The notes under the pieces: generated by a model | The model's input: only the letters and a program-made list of their open reading frames with translations | What the model was told of the DNA's origin: nothing | Database searches by the model: none | Shown: positions 28,280 to 37,982 of the stretch, piece by piece | Position numbering within the stretch: position 1 is the first letter of the stretch | Layout of the letters: every line of letters starts with the position of its first letter | Origin: Anaerolineales bacterium | Lineage (GTDB): Bacteria > Chloroflexota > Anaerolineae > Anaerolineales > UBA4823 | Assembly: GCA_025057645.1 (NCBI GenBank) | Contig: JANXBJ010000006.1 | Span: forward strand, 8,142-72,141 | Direction: 5' to 3' | Length of the DNA stretch: 64,000 bases | Translations under genes and position numbers: made by a program

Positions 28280-29521
28280 ATGGAAAGTAGAAGACCGCCT
28301 ATCCTCATAATCCTTGCCTTATTTGTCATTGTGATCGGGGCAACCCTAACGGGCTTCTATGCCGGCAGAATTTCAGCAGCCCAGCAAGCTGCTGCGCCGA
28401 CGCTCCCGGGAACAAGCTCACGGGAGGCACCCTCGGCAGAGGTTGCCTCGGATCAGAACGTAAACGAGCTTTTCGCCCCGTTCTGGCAAACATGGCGGTT
28501 GATTCACGAACAATATGTCGAACAGCCAGTTGACGATGTCAAACTGATGCGTGGGGCAATTCAGGGAATGCTCAACGCCCTTGAAGACGAGCACACTTCG
28601 TATATCGATCCCGAATCGTTGGAGCTTTATCAGGCCCAAATCAGCGGCACCGAATACGAAGGGATTGGTGCTTATGTTGATACTACTCGAGAATATCTCA
28701 CGATTATCGCTCCAATGATGGGCTCTCCGGCCGAAAAAGCGGGCCTTAAACCTGGCGATCAGATCATCGCCATCGATGGTGAGGACATGACCGGCATCGA
28801 CGGCGAGCTTGTGCGGCAGAGAGTGCTCGGACCGGCTGGCACTAAAGTTCGTCTGACGATCAAACGTCCCGGGGTTGAAAAGCCCTTCGATGTCGAAATT
28901 GTGCGCGCAACGATCAAATCCACTAACGTGATTGGACGGATGGAGAGGAACAACATCGCCTATATCCGCCTCATAGCTTTTGGCGATGAAAACACGACTC
29001 GGGACCTCCGCCAAATGCTCCGCAAACTTCTCGCCGAAAATCCCCAGGGACTCATCCTCGACCTTCGCAACAACGGCGGAGGTTTACTCAATTCGGCCAT
29101 TGACATCGCTTCGGAATTTATTAAAGAGGGAGTCATCGCATATGAGGTTTATGGAGACGGACGCAAAGAGACCTTTAGAGCCAGCGGGAAGGGCCTAGCC
29201 ACAGAGATTCCCTTGGTTGTGCTGGTGAATGAAGGCAGCGCTTCGGCCTCAGAAATTGTCGCCGGTGCAATCCAAGACCTCGGCAGGGGCAAACTGGTTG
29301 GAGCTACCACTTACGGCAAAGGTTCGGTCCAGGTCTGGAACGATCTTGTCAACAATCAAGGTGCTGTGAGAATCACGGTTGCGCGTTGGCTGACTCCGAA
29401 GGGACGCACCATTCAAGGTACGGGCTTGACCCCGGACGTAGAAGTAGCAATAACCGAAGAGGACTATGCTGCAGGGAAAGACCCTCAACTTGATAAGGCC
29501 ATTGAACTCTTAACGAAGTAG
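28280..29521 (+). CDS. ctpA: Carboxyl-terminal processing protease (S41) with a PDZ domain
   Basis: N-terminal TM; PDZ (GSPAEKAGLKPGDQIIAIDG); LDLRNNGGG; catalytic GSASASEI. Confidence 0.9.
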   Translation: MESRRPPILIILALFVIVIGATLTGFYAGRISAAQQAAAPTLPGTSSREAPSAEVASDQNVNELFAPFWQTWRLIHEQYVEQPVDDVKLMRGAIQGMLNALEDEHTSYIDPESLELYQAQISGTEYEGIGAYVDTTREYLTIIAPMMGSPAEKAGLKPGDQIIAIDGEDMTGIDGELVRQRVLGPAGTKVRLTIKRPGVEKPFDVEIVRATIKSTNVIGRMERNNIAYIRLIAFGDENTTRDLRQMLRKLLAENPQGLILDLRNNGGGLLNSAIDIASEFIKEGVIAYEVYGDGRKETFRASGKGLATEIPLVVLVNEGSASASEIVAGAIQDLGRGKLVGATTYGKGSVQVWNDLVNNQGAVRITVARWLTPKGRTIQGTGLTPDVEVAITEEDYAAGKDPQLDKAIELLTK

Positions 29522-29547
29522 AAACGAAGTAGAAAGGAGGAACAACG

Positions 29548-30249
29548 ATGTTTTTCTTCGATCCATACTACCTTATCTTCATGGCGCCAGCCTTTCTGCT
29601 AATGCTGGCCGTCCAATTTTATGTCAGCTCCTCCTATTCGAAGTGGAGCCAAGTTCCATCGCGCTTGCGCATTAATGGTGCACAGGCTGCGGCTCAATTG
29701 ATCCGCTATACCGGCCTCTACAACGTGCGTGTCGAGGGCGTGCATGGTCACCTCACTGACCATTACGATCCTCGTGACAAAACACTCCGTCTTTCCGAAA
29801 GTGTCTACGGAAGCGCTTCGGTTGCGGCTCTAGCCGTCGCAGCCCATGAGCTTGGACATGCTCTTCAAGATCACGAAGGCTACGCTCCTCTTAAACTGCG
29901 CGCCGCGTTGGTGCCCGCTGTGAATATCGGCTCTTACCTAGGCTGGATTCTCTTGATGATAGGCCTCCTCCTCCAATCCTCCCAAATCGCATGGCTAGGA
30001 GTGATCGTCTTCTCCGGTGGCGCCATCTTTGCCCTAGCCACTTTACCGGTTGAATTCAACGCCTCAGCCCGTGCCCGACGCCTTCTCCTTGAGTCGGGTC
30101 TGATCTCAACCGAAGAGGAACTGCGCGGAGTCAATCAGGTTCTCAACGCCGCTGCCTTGACCTACGTGGCTGCTCTAGTTACTGCGGTACTTCAGCTGCT
30201 CTACTACGCTACCCTCGTACTGGGGATGAGCGACCGGCGGAGAGAGTAG
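29548..30249 (+). CDS. Membrane zinc metallopeptidase (Zn_peptidase_2 family)
   Basis: MFFFDPYYL start, GHLTDHYDPRDKTLRLSE, HELGHALQ, and C-terminal TM helices. Confidence 0.9.
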   Translation: MFFFDPYYLIFMAPAFLLMLAVQFYVSSSYSKWSQVPSRLRINGAQAAAQLIRYTGLYNVRVEGVHGHLTDHYDPRDKTLRLSESVYGSASVAALAVAAHELGHALQDHEGYAPLKLRAALVPAVNIGSYLGWILLMIGLLLQSSQIAWLGVIVFSGGAIFALATLPVEFNASARARRLLLESGLISTEEELRGVNQVLNAAALTYVAALVTAVLQLLYYATLVLGMSDRRRE

Positions 30250-30294
30250 TTCTCTCCGCTCTTTTTCCTTCCCCGTTTCTACGCACTTGCTCCA

Positions 30295-31302
30295 ATGCGT
30301 CATTTTCTTTTCTTAGTCCTAATCTTGCTGGGGATTCTTTTCCTGATTACCGGTCTTGGCGAAGTCCAAACGATTTGGGAAACGCTTCGCGAAGGAGATT
30401 GGCGCTTTATTCTGCTAGCTCTGATCGTTCAATCGATCTGGGTGATTAATCTCGGCGCTACTTATCAATCCATTTATCATTTGCTAGGCACTCATGATAA
30501 TCTCAAGCGGCTGATCTCCCTCGCCTTAGCTTCCAATTTTGCCAATATTGTCGCCCCCTCTGTAGGTATGAGCGGGATGGCGGTTTTTATCGCCGAGGCG
30601 CGCAAGAATGGCCTACCGGTCGGCAAAGTAACCCTTGCTGGTATTCTTTTCTTGCTGGTTGACTATGTGGCTTTCCTCTTCATCTTGGCTCTGGGGTTAA
30701 TCGTCTTGTTTCGCCGTCACGACCTCGATCTTGCCGAAATCGTTGCTTCGATACTCCTGCTCCTTTTAGCCCTTGGGATTGCGGCCGTGATTTTCATCGG
30801 TGCTCGTTCCCCTCTCACACTCGGCAAGATCTTGGCCGGTCTCGCTCGCGCAATCAACCGCCTCCTCTCCCCTCTGTTGCGGCGGGACTACCTTTCAGAG
30901 CAGCGAGCCTACGAATTTGCTCAAGAAGTGTCAGAGGGGATAAGGGCTCTCCGCTCAGGCCACCGCAATTTGATAATACCTTTACTCCATGGCTTGCTCA
31001 ACAAATTCCTCTTACTCACCACCTTCACACTGATGTTTTTTGCTTTCAAAGTGCCTATTTCTATCGGCACAGTTGTGGCCAGCTTTAGCGTGGGTTATCT
31101 CTTCATGATCGTTTCTCCCACACCGGCCGGCATCGGCTTTGTCGAAGGAGCCATGACTTTGGCCCTCTCTTCCTTTTACATCCCGATCAGCGTTTCTGCT
31201 GTCCTCGCCTTGGCCTACCGGGGCTTTACCTTTTGGTATCCCCTATTCTTGGGCTTTCTCGCCTTTCGGGCTCTGACCCGCTCGGAGCCTTCTTGGATTT
31301 GA
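30295..31302 (+). CDS. UPF0104 / flippase-like (LPG synthase TM region) membrane protein
   Basis: 335 aa and polytopic. The overall pattern matches the family, but there is no catalytic motif to verify. Confidence 0.55.
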   Translation: MRHFLFLVLILLGILFLITGLGEVQTIWETLREGDWRFILLALIVQSIWVINLGATYQSIYHLLGTHDNLKRLISLALASNFANIVAPSVGMSGMAVFIAEARKNGLPVGKVTLAGILFLLVDYVAFLFILALGLIVLFRRHDLDLAEIVASILLLLLALGIAAVIFIGARSPLTLGKILAGLARAINRLLSPLLRRDYLSEQRAYEFAQEVSEGIRALRSGHRNLIIPLLHGLLNKFLLLTTFTLMFFAFKVPISIGTVVASFSVGYLFMIVSPTPAGIGFVEGAMTLALSSFYIPISVSAVLALAYRGFTFWYPLFLGFLAFRALTRSEPSWI

Positions 31303-31375
31303 CGGAATATAGTGCTATCGATTATAATCACCTTTTGTCCTAGACCTCTAAAATCTTACTTGTCGGGAAGGTCAC

Positions 31376-31552
31376 ATGCCAAAGAGAACTTACCAACCCA
31401 AAGTTCGTCGACGCGTGAGAGTACACGGCTTTCGGGCAAGAATGGCCACTGCCGGCGGCCGCAAAGTATTAAAGCGCCGCCGTCTGCAAGGTCGCTATCG
31501 CTTGACGGTGAAGTCAAACAACCATGTTAAGAAAGTCGACTGGAAAAGCTGA
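31376..31552 (+). CDS. rpmH: 50S ribosomal protein L34 (58 aa, C-terminally extended)
   Basis: Hand translation: [45 protein letters not shown] plus [13 protein letters not shown]. Absent from the ORF track because it is under 60 aa. Confidence 0.9.
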   Translation: MPKRTYQPKVRRRVRVHGFRARMATAGGRKVLKRRRLQGRYRLTVKSNNHVKKVDWKS

Positions 31553-31605
31553 GAACTTACAACTCGACTTGGAGCATCCCGATTTGAGTTAACCGATTCG
31601 TTTTC

Positions 31606-31986
31606 GTGGATCGTAGATTTCGTCTGAGAGGTTCAAAGAACTTCCAGCGGGTCAGGCAACAGGGCATCGCTTCCGTTCACCCACTTTTGGTGCTGATCCA
31701 TACCCCCAATTCAGTCGGTCAGGTGCGGGTCGGGATTGCTGCTGGTCGTTCAATTGGGAAAGCCGTGAAAAGAAATCGAGCAAAACGACGCCTCAGAGCT
31801 GGAATCCACCCTTTCTTGGAGTGCATTCAACCGGGCACGGATATTGTTCTTCTGGCGCGAAAGCCGATACTCCAGGCAAAATTCGACCAAATCACCAAAG
31901 CCATAGCCAACATTCTTCAGGAACAGCATCTAATTGCGAAACCCAGCTATGAAACCCAGGCCTCTGCCGCAAGAAATTCCACCTGA
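31606..31986 (+). CDS. rnpA: Ribonuclease P protein component
   Basis: Position after rpmH; a basic protein with [12 protein letters not shown] and [13 protein letters not shown] motifs. GTG start. Confidence 0.9.
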   Translation: MDRRFRLRGSKNFQRVRQQGIASVHPLLVLIHTPNSVGQVRVGIAAGRSIGKAVKRNRAKRRLRAGIHPFLECIQPGTDIVLLARKPILQAKFDQITKAIANILQEQHLIAKPSYETQASAARNST

Positions 31987-32239
31987 ACCGTCCCTGCGCG
32001 AACTTAGGCTGACCCCTCAAACTGCTTTGCGCTTTCCCGTATTGGCGTTGATTCGTCTCTACCAGATGACCATCTCAAAAGCTCTACCACCAAATACCTG
32101 CCGCTTTTACCCTAGCTGCTCCCACTACGGGTATCAAGCCATTTACAAACACGGCCTGATTAAAGGCTCGTTGCTGGCTTTCTGGCGGGTATTACGCTGT
32201 AATCCATTTAACCCCGGCGGTTACGACCCCGTTCCTTAG
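31949..32239 (+). CDS. yidD: Membrane protein insertion efficiency factor YidD
   Basis: LIRLYQ...[37 protein letters not shown]. Overlaps the rnpA 3' end. Confidence 0.9.
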   Translation: MKPRPLPQEIPPEPSLRELRLTPQTALRFPVLALIRLYQMTISKALPPNTCRFYPSCSHYGYQAIYKHGLIKGSLLAFWRVLRCNPFNPGGYDPVP

Positions 32240-32265
32240 GAAAACAGAACCCATCGAGTGCCCTA

Positions 32266-33414
32266 ATGGATACACTGCGATACTCCTATCTCCTCAACTT
32301 TGTCCAGAGTTTCCTCCCTTGGAATTGGCGTAAGAAATCCCTGGCGGGGCTCTTGCTCAAGACTGCACTCTTTTTCTCGGCCCTTGCTTTAACTGCCTGC
32401 GGCCCCGGATCGATGATGTCTAACTGGCCGGGCGCATCTGTTGAGAACGGTGTTGTTTTTGTGGCCTATCAGGCTCACGTATATGCCCTTCGCGCCGAGA
32501 ACGGTGCCGAACTTTGGCGATTTCCCCCTGAGGCGGACAATCGGATCGCTTTTTATGCGCCCCCTGCGCTTAGCCCGGACGGAACGCAACTCATTGTCGG
32601 CGGCTTCAACCACGTCCTATACAGCCTCAATCCGCAAAACGGAACAGAACAGTGGAAATTCGAGGAGTCCAAATATCCCTATATTGCAAAGGCCCTGATT
32701 ACAGAAGAGACTATCTACGCTCCTACTAACGGGAACTTGCTTTATGCGCTCGATCGCCAAGGACGAAAACGGTGGGAGTTCGAGACCAAGGCGCCGACTT
32801 GGGCAGCTCCCGTCTACGATGTCAATTGCGATTGTGTATATATTGCCTCTCTCGACCACGTCATTTACGCTGTGCGGGCCAAAGACGGTGTCGAGCTTTG
32901 GCAAACCAAGAGGCTCGAAGGAGCCATCGCCAGCACCCCAGTGCTCGGTGAAAACGGAGTGCTCTACTTCGGCACCTTTGGCAATCTTTTTCACGCCTTC
33001 GACACTCGCTCTCAGGTTGACCTTTGGACTTATCAAACTTCGCACTGGGTGTGGGGATCGCCATTGCTTTTGGAGACTCAGGTAATCCTCACGGACCTAT
33101 CCGGCGCCATCATCGCCTTAGAAGCAAAAAGTGGTCGCGAACTTTGGAAGTTCGTCACCGATGCAGCCATCACGGCAGCGCCTGCGCTGATCGAGGGAGT
33201 GATCTACGTGGGCAACGAAAACGGTAATCTGTATGCCCTTGATCTACAAGGGACTCCGATCTGGCAGCAACCTAAAAAGTTTGACGGTAAAATATTGTCA
33301 GCCGTATTGTCTGCCGAAAGGACTATTCTAGTCCCTCTGGTTGCGGAGGAACGAGTGGTCGTTGCTTTGAATTCAGATGGTGGAGAAACTTGGTCATTTC
33401 AACCAGCGAAATAG
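32266..33414 (+). CDS. PQQ-like beta-propeller lipoprotein (BamB-like fold)
   Basis: Lipobox LALTACG. Repeated ...YALD..G...W.F... blades (ELWRF, EQWKF, KRWEF, ELWQT, DLWTY, ELWKF, PIWQQ). Confidence 0.8.
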   Translation: MDTLRYSYLLNFVQSFLPWNWRKKSLAGLLLKTALFFSALALTACGPGSMMSNWPGASVENGVVFVAYQAHVYALRAENGAELWRFPPEADNRIAFYAPPALSPDGTQLIVGGFNHVLYSLNPQNGTEQWKFEESKYPYIAKALITEETIYAPTNGNLLYALDRQGRKRWEFETKAPTWAAPVYDVNCDCVYIASLDHVIYAVRAKDGVELWQTKRLEGAIASTPVLGENGVLYFGTFGNLFHAFDTRSQVDLWTYQTSHWVWGSPLLLETQVILTDLSGAIIALEAKSGRELWKFVTDAAITAAPALIEGVIYVGNENGNLYALDLQGTPIWQQPKKFDGKILSAVLSAERTILVPLVAEERVVVALNSDGGETWSFQPAK

Positions 33415-33431
33415 GGTGATGGAAGAACAAG

Positions 33432-34220
33432 ATGTGGGACCTACTGATTATTAACCCGATGGTCAATACGCTGCTCTTCATTTATAGTGTGATCGGCAAC
33501 TTTGGGGTTGCGATTATCATCTTTACTATTCTTATCCGCCTGATCACCCATCCACTGACAGTAAGTCAAATGAGAAGCGCTCAGGCGATGCAGGAACTCC
33601 AGAAATCCAAAGAATGGCAGGAAATCCAGAAGAAATACAAAGACGATAAACAGAAACTCTCCCAAGAACAAATGCGTCTGTATCAACAAATGGGCATCAA
33701 TCCCTTTGGTTCCTGCCTGCCGCTCCTGATCCAATTTCCGATTATCATTGGCCTCTATCAGGCAATCATTCGCGCTTTGGCCACCACTCCCTACCAACTT
33801 TTAGAACTTTCGAAACATCTTTACTCGTTTATCAATGCTGCAGAAATTATCCCAATCGACAACCAGTTTCTCTGGATGGATCTGAGCCAGCCAGAACGTT
33901 TGCCGGTTTTCGGCATTGGCATTCCTGTCCTGGCAATTATAGTCGTGATCACCACCTACCTCCAGCAAAAACTTATGACTCCACCTCCAGCCCAACCGGG
34001 TGATCAGACAGCTCAGATGACCCAAATGATGAACATTTACATGCCTCTATTCATCGGCTATATCTCCTTTACCTTAGCCTCCGGGCTCGCCTTATACTTC
34101 ATTACCAGCAATATAGTTGGGATCATCCAGTATGCCGCCATGGGCAAGATCCATTGGGGAAACTTACTCAGCTTCCGTTCTCAATCCACTCCTCAAAAAG
34201 GCGTAGGTAAGAAAAAATGA
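33432..34220 (+). CDS. yidC: Membrane protein insertase YidC (short form)
   Basis: AIIIFTILIRLITHPLT, KQKLSQEQMRLYQQMGINPFGSCLPLLIQFPI, and conserved C-terminal TM helices. Confidence 0.95.
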   Translation: MWDLLIINPMVNTLLFIYSVIGNFGVAIIIFTILIRLITHPLTVSQMRSAQAMQELQKSKEWQEIQKKYKDDKQKLSQEQMRLYQQMGINPFGSCLPLLIQFPIIIGLYQAIIRALATTPYQLLELSKHLYSFINAAEIIPIDNQFLWMDLSQPERLPVFGIGIPVLAIIVVITTYLQQKLMTPPPAQPGDQTAQMTQMMNIYMPLFIGYISFTLASGLALYFITSNIVGIIQYAAMGKIHWGNLLSFRSQSTPQKGVGKKK

Positions 34221-34957
34221 GCGAGACACGAACGAGTCTGGAAATTATTGCTCCAACGGTTGCTGAAGCCATTCAACAAGGTCTTGAACAACTGGGGGTT
34301 CATTCCAGCCAAGTGAGCATCGATGTTCTAGACGAAGGCAGTCGAGGCCTATTTGGCATTGGCGCACGTCAGGCACGAGTGCGCCTTACCCTCCTCACCC
34401 CTCCTCCTCAACCCCCCTCCCCTTTGAAAGCCGAACCCTCCACGGAGAGGGTCTCACTTGAAGAAGTGCCCCCGACCATCCAAGACCCGACCTACCTTCG
34501 GAAAGCTGAGCAAATTGTTTACCGTCTGTTGAGAGAAATGCGGATTCGCGCTCAAGTCAGAGCTTTCTACGCAGATCAACCCGGCCCATCCGGCGAGTAT
34601 CCGATTCAGATCGATATTCGAGGCCGAGACCTAACGGTTCTGATCGGTCCGCATGCTGAAACCCTAAATGCGCTCCAGTATCTCGTTAACCTCATCCTAG
34701 GAAAACAAACTGGGCGGCCGATTCCGGTCATCGTTGATGTGGAAGGTTACCGCACTCGGCGGGAAAACCAACTGCGTCGCCTGGCGCGCAAAATGGCCGA
34801 GCAGGCGATCAAAACCGGCCGACGGCAGGTGCTAGAACCTATGCCGGCTAACGAACGGCGCATCGTCCACCTTGAATTGCGCAATTTCCAAGGAGTGACC
34901 ACCGAGTCCATCGGCGAAGAACCTCATCGGAAGGTGACGATCATTCCAAAATCATGA
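34217..34957 (+). CDS. jag: Jag-family KH/R3H RNA-binding protein
   Basis: Position after yidC (ATGA overlap), and the C-terminal R3H segment MPANERRIVHLEL. Confidence 0.85.
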   Translation: MSETRTSLEIIAPTVAEAIQQGLEQLGVHSSQVSIDVLDEGSRGLFGIGARQARVRLTLLTPPPQPPSPLKAEPSTERVSLEEVPPTIQDPTYLRKAEQIVYRLLREMRIRAQVRAFYADQPGPSGEYPIQIDIRGRDLTVLIGPHAETLNALQYLVNLILGKQTGRPIPVIVDVEGYRTRRENQLRRLARKMAEQAIKTGRRQVLEPMPANERRIVHLELRNFQGVTTESIGEEPHRKVTIIPKS

Positions 34958-34976
34958 GCTGCTTTTTTTCAAAAGC

Positions 34977-34985
34977 TGGTATAAT
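34977..34985 (+). promoter_or_regulatory. Extended -10 (TGgTATAAT) for the RRM protein gene
   Basis: TGGTATAAT lies 150 nt upstream of the ATG at 35135. Confidence 0.45.
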
Positions 34986-35134
34986 TAAGGTACTCAAAGT
35001 GTTGCCAGCCAGCCTAAGCACCTTTTCGGCATGTGGCCATTCCAAGGGGGTGATTCTCTGAAAGGTTCCCTTGCCTTGTGTGTGACGATGAGCCGGCCGG
35101 TACGACAAGTATATTATTTTGAAACGGAGAGTCT

Positions 35135-35473
35135 ATGGAACCAAAACTGTATGTAGGCAATCTGCCGTATTCGGTCACCGAAGAGGAGCTGCGAGAATAT
35201 TTTTCGCAAGCAGGGACCATCAAGTCTGTGGCATTGATCCGAGACCGAGACACCGGCCGCTCCAAAGGCTTTGCCTTTGTGGAGTATGAAACTGATGAAG
35301 AAGCTCAAAAAGCCATTAGCATGTTCAACGGCACTGAACTACATGAGCGCACGTTGACGGTCAATCAAGCTAGACCGCGCGAAGAGCGACCCTTTGGGGG
35401 TGGTTATCGCCGCGACGCTGGCGGAGGGGGACGCAATCAGCGCAGTGGTGGGCGCCGCCGCTCAAACTGGTAA
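35135..35473 (+). CDS. RRM-type RNA-binding protein with a Gly/Arg-rich tail
   Basis: RNP2 KLYVGNL and RNP1 KGFAFVEY. Confidence 0.95.
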   Translation: MEPKLYVGNLPYSVTEEELREYFSQAGTIKSVALIRDRDTGRSKGFAFVEYETDEEAQKAISMFNGTELHERTLTVNQARPREERPFGGGYRRDAGGGGRNQRSGGRRRSNW

Positions 35474-35496
35474 AAGTAAATAACTAAAGTGATGTG

Positions 35497-35531
35497 GATC
35501 AGGGTGCGAGTGCGCCCTGATCTTCTTTATT
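35497..35531 (+). terminator. Rho-independent terminator
   Basis: 11-bp stem GATCAGGGTGC/GCGCCCTGATC with a GAGT loop, followed by TTCTTTATT. Confidence 0.8.
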
Positions 35532-35700
35532 CCTGATTCTTGGGGTCAGCGCCCGACGTTGCCTCGCTGGGGTCAGCCCGGGAAACCTCAGGGATACCAG
35601 TAGGGCTGGGGAATATGGCTTGAGCAAGCCCCAAGCGTAATTAGGCTGCAGTGTCACAGAGCTTGCGCACAGGTCGCAATACCAGCATGATCAAAACGTG

Positions 35701-35709
35701 TGTTAAAAT
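35701..35709 (+). promoter_or_regulatory. Extended -10 (TGtTAAAAT) upstream of the EamA transporter gene
   Basis: Lies about 98 nt upstream of the ATG at 35807. Confidence 0.35.
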
Positions 35710-35806
35710 CCCCAACGCCCGAAGTAGTAAATCAAACGTGAATTGCGGTGAGCGATCCGAGATCGAGACGCCAAAGAGGCCCTCTCCCCTTGCTAAAGAA
35801 ACGCTA

Positions 35807-36727
35807 ATGAACCGGCTCGAAGGCAACCTTTCAAGAAGTCTCTCCTTCCCGCGCACCCGTCTTGAAGCGGATTTGATCTTAATCCTGGTCGCCGCTCTTT
35901 GGGGAAGCTCTTTCGCTGCTCAGCGTGCGGCCGCGGCGCAAGGAGAAGTGCTCTTTTTCAACGGCGTCCGCTATCTACTAGGCGCCAGCCTGATTTTGCC
36001 CGTCCTTCTGATACGCCGTCTGTGCTTGCGCACCCTTTCGAGGAGAGTGTGGCTTGGGGGAGGGTTGGCGGGATTAGCCATGTTCTTTGCGGCCGCCTTC
36101 CAGCAATATGGAATCCAATTCACCACTGCAGCCAACGCAGGCTTTATTACCAGCTTATATGTGATGATCGTCCCATTTCTTATGGCAGCCCTGTATCGCA
36201 AGCCACCAAGGGCAATGACATGGCTTGCCTCTCTAATAGCTACCGTAGGTATGTTCTTACTTAGCACAGAGGGGCACCTTACGCTCTCTCTCGGAGACCG
36301 ATGGGTGCTGCTGGGCGCATTGATGTGGGCATTTCACGTGCTGATCATTGATCGGATTACTCACCAATTGGATCTATACATACTAGCGTTCACTCAAGCC
36401 ACCGTATGCGGTGGTCTGAGTTTGGTCAGCGGTCTCTGGCTGGAGCAAGCTAAATTCGGTGACCTCAGCGGGATTTGGTGGGCTGTGCTTTGGACTGCTG
36501 TGGCTTCCATTGCGCTAGGCTTTACTCTTCAGCCCCTTGGACAGCGGGTTGCTCCCCCCGCAGATGCTGCTATTCTCCTTTCCACGGAATCGGTCTTTGC
36601 GGCGCTATTCGGCTGGCTAATCTTGGGAGAAGGCCTCAGCGGAATCCAAACCCTCGGCTGTCTTCTGATGTTGGCAGCAGTTCTTTTCGCCCAAGGGACC
36701 TTCTTCTCTCCCTCAAAGGGTCTTTAG
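35807..36727 (+). CDS. EamA/DMT-family transporter
   Basis: Ten hydrophobic segments and two EamA-like halves (LVAALWGSSFAAQR...). ATG at 35807 (the ORF opens at 35651). Confidence 0.8.
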   Translation: MNRLEGNLSRSLSFPRTRLEADLILILVAALWGSSFAAQRAAAAQGEVLFFNGVRYLLGASLILPVLLIRRLCLRTLSRRVWLGGGLAGLAMFFAAAFQQYGIQFTTAANAGFITSLYVMIVPFLMAALYRKPPRAMTWLASLIATVGMFLLSTEGHLTLSLGDRWVLLGALMWAFHVLIIDRITHQLDLYILAFTQATVCGGLSLVSGLWLEQAKFGDLSGIWWAVLWTAVASIALGFTLQPLGQRVAPPADAAILLSTESVFAALFGWLILGEGLSGIQTLGCLLMLAAVLFAQGTFFSPSKGL

Positions 36728-36754
36728 CCCAATCTCAACTTACAGGAGGAAAGC

Positions 36755-37927
36755 ATGAAATCGTTTCTCGTGCTCGGTTCAGGTCGTCAAGGGTGTGCAG
36801 CGGGGTATGATCTGGCGCAATGGGGAGAGGCAGACGAGGTAGTCATGGCTGATGCAAGCCTCGAAACGGCTCAGAAGTCCGCCCACCGAATAAACGTTCT
36901 ACTCGGCAAGGAGATCGCCAAAGCAATCCAAGTGGATGTGCGGGACGAGCAAGCCGTCCGAAATGCTTTGCAAGGGAAGACCGCTTGCCTGAGCGCCGTT
37001 CCCTATTTCTACAACCTTCCCCTAACCAAACTGGCCATCGAGTCCAAGGTGCATTTTTGCGACCTGGGGGGCAACACCGATATCGCTCGAGATCAACATA
37101 AACTCGACCGTGAAGCGAGACAAAACGGGGTCAGCATTATCCCCAATTGTGGTCAAGTGCCCGGTATGGGTACCACACTCATTGTTTACGCCATCAGCCT
37201 ACTAGACGAGACTCTAGACGTTTACATGTGGGACGGCGGGCTGCCCCAAAACCCCAAGCCGCCCTTTAACTACCTGCTCACCTTCAACATTGCCGGCTTA
37301 ACGAACGAATACGCCGAGCCAGCCGTTTTTCTACGCAATTGGAGAATTACCCAGGTGGAGTCGATCACGGAATTAGAGACAGTCGAGTTTCCCCCTCCCA
37401 TCGGAACGTTGGAGGCCTTCGTCACTGGTGGAGGGCTGGACACTCTGCCATGGACCTACGAAGGAAAATTACGCACGCTTCAAAACCTAACCCTACGCTA
37501 TCCCGGCCACTACGAAAAGCTGCGTGCTTATCGTGAGTTGGGTCTCTGGGAGCTTAACCCCATCCGGGTAGGAAACGTAGAAGTGGTGCCGCGAGAAGTC
37601 TTTCACGCTCTCTTCGAGCCAAAAGTGGTCGATCCAACCCAGAAAGACTTCATCATCATCCGCATTCGGGCCGTAGGAAAAAAAGAAGGCAGAGAGGCCG
37701 AGGCTTGGGTGGAAGTGATTGACTACTACGATGAACAAACCGGCTTTACTGCAATGGAGCGCGGCACAGGTTGGAGCGCTGCCATCGTGGCAGAGATGAT
37801 GGCAAGAGGTGAGACACCCCGCGGCGCCGGCGGCGTGGAAAAGATGGTACCCCCTGAGCCGTTTATAAAGGCCTTAGAGGAACGGGGGATTAGAGTCAGG
37901 TGCGAAATTCGCTATCTCACGAATTAG
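36755..37927 (+). CDS. Saccharopine dehydrogenase-family NAD(P) oxidoreductase
   Basis: N-terminal Rossmann VLGSGRQG. The length and the C-terminal pattern fit the family. Confidence 0.7.
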   Translation: MKSFLVLGSGRQGCAAGYDLAQWGEADEVVMADASLETAQKSAHRINVLLGKEIAKAIQVDVRDEQAVRNALQGKTACLSAVPYFYNLPLTKLAIESKVHFCDLGGNTDIARDQHKLDREARQNGVSIIPNCGQVPGMGTTLIVYAISLLDETLDVYMWDGGLPQNPKPPFNYLLTFNIAGLTNEYAEPAVFLRNWRITQVESITELETVEFPPPIGTLEAFVTGGGLDTLPWTYEGKLRTLQNLTLRYPGHYEKLRAYRELGLWELNPIRVGNVEVVPREVFHALFEPKVVDPTQKDFIIIRIRAVGKKEGREAEAWVEVIDYYDEQTGFTAMERGTGWSAAIVAEMMARGETPRGAGGVEKMVPPEPFIKALEERGIRVRCEIRYLTN

Positions 37928-37982
37928 TCTCGTCACTTCCGTCCTGAATCCCAAATCGGGAAAACCGTCCTTTGGCAAAGTC

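Noticed and set aside
28418-29014. 198-aa ORF antisense to ctpA. Similar long antisense ORFs occur at 32617-33045 and 41809-42324.
   Set aside because: They lie fully inside well-supported genes on the other strand and have no start signals. They are typical shadow ORFs.
31312-31530. 72-aa ORF from the six-frame track upstream of rnpA.
   Set aside because: It is out of frame with the true rpmH (L34) gene, which occupies 31376-31552 and has an unmistakable L34 sequence.
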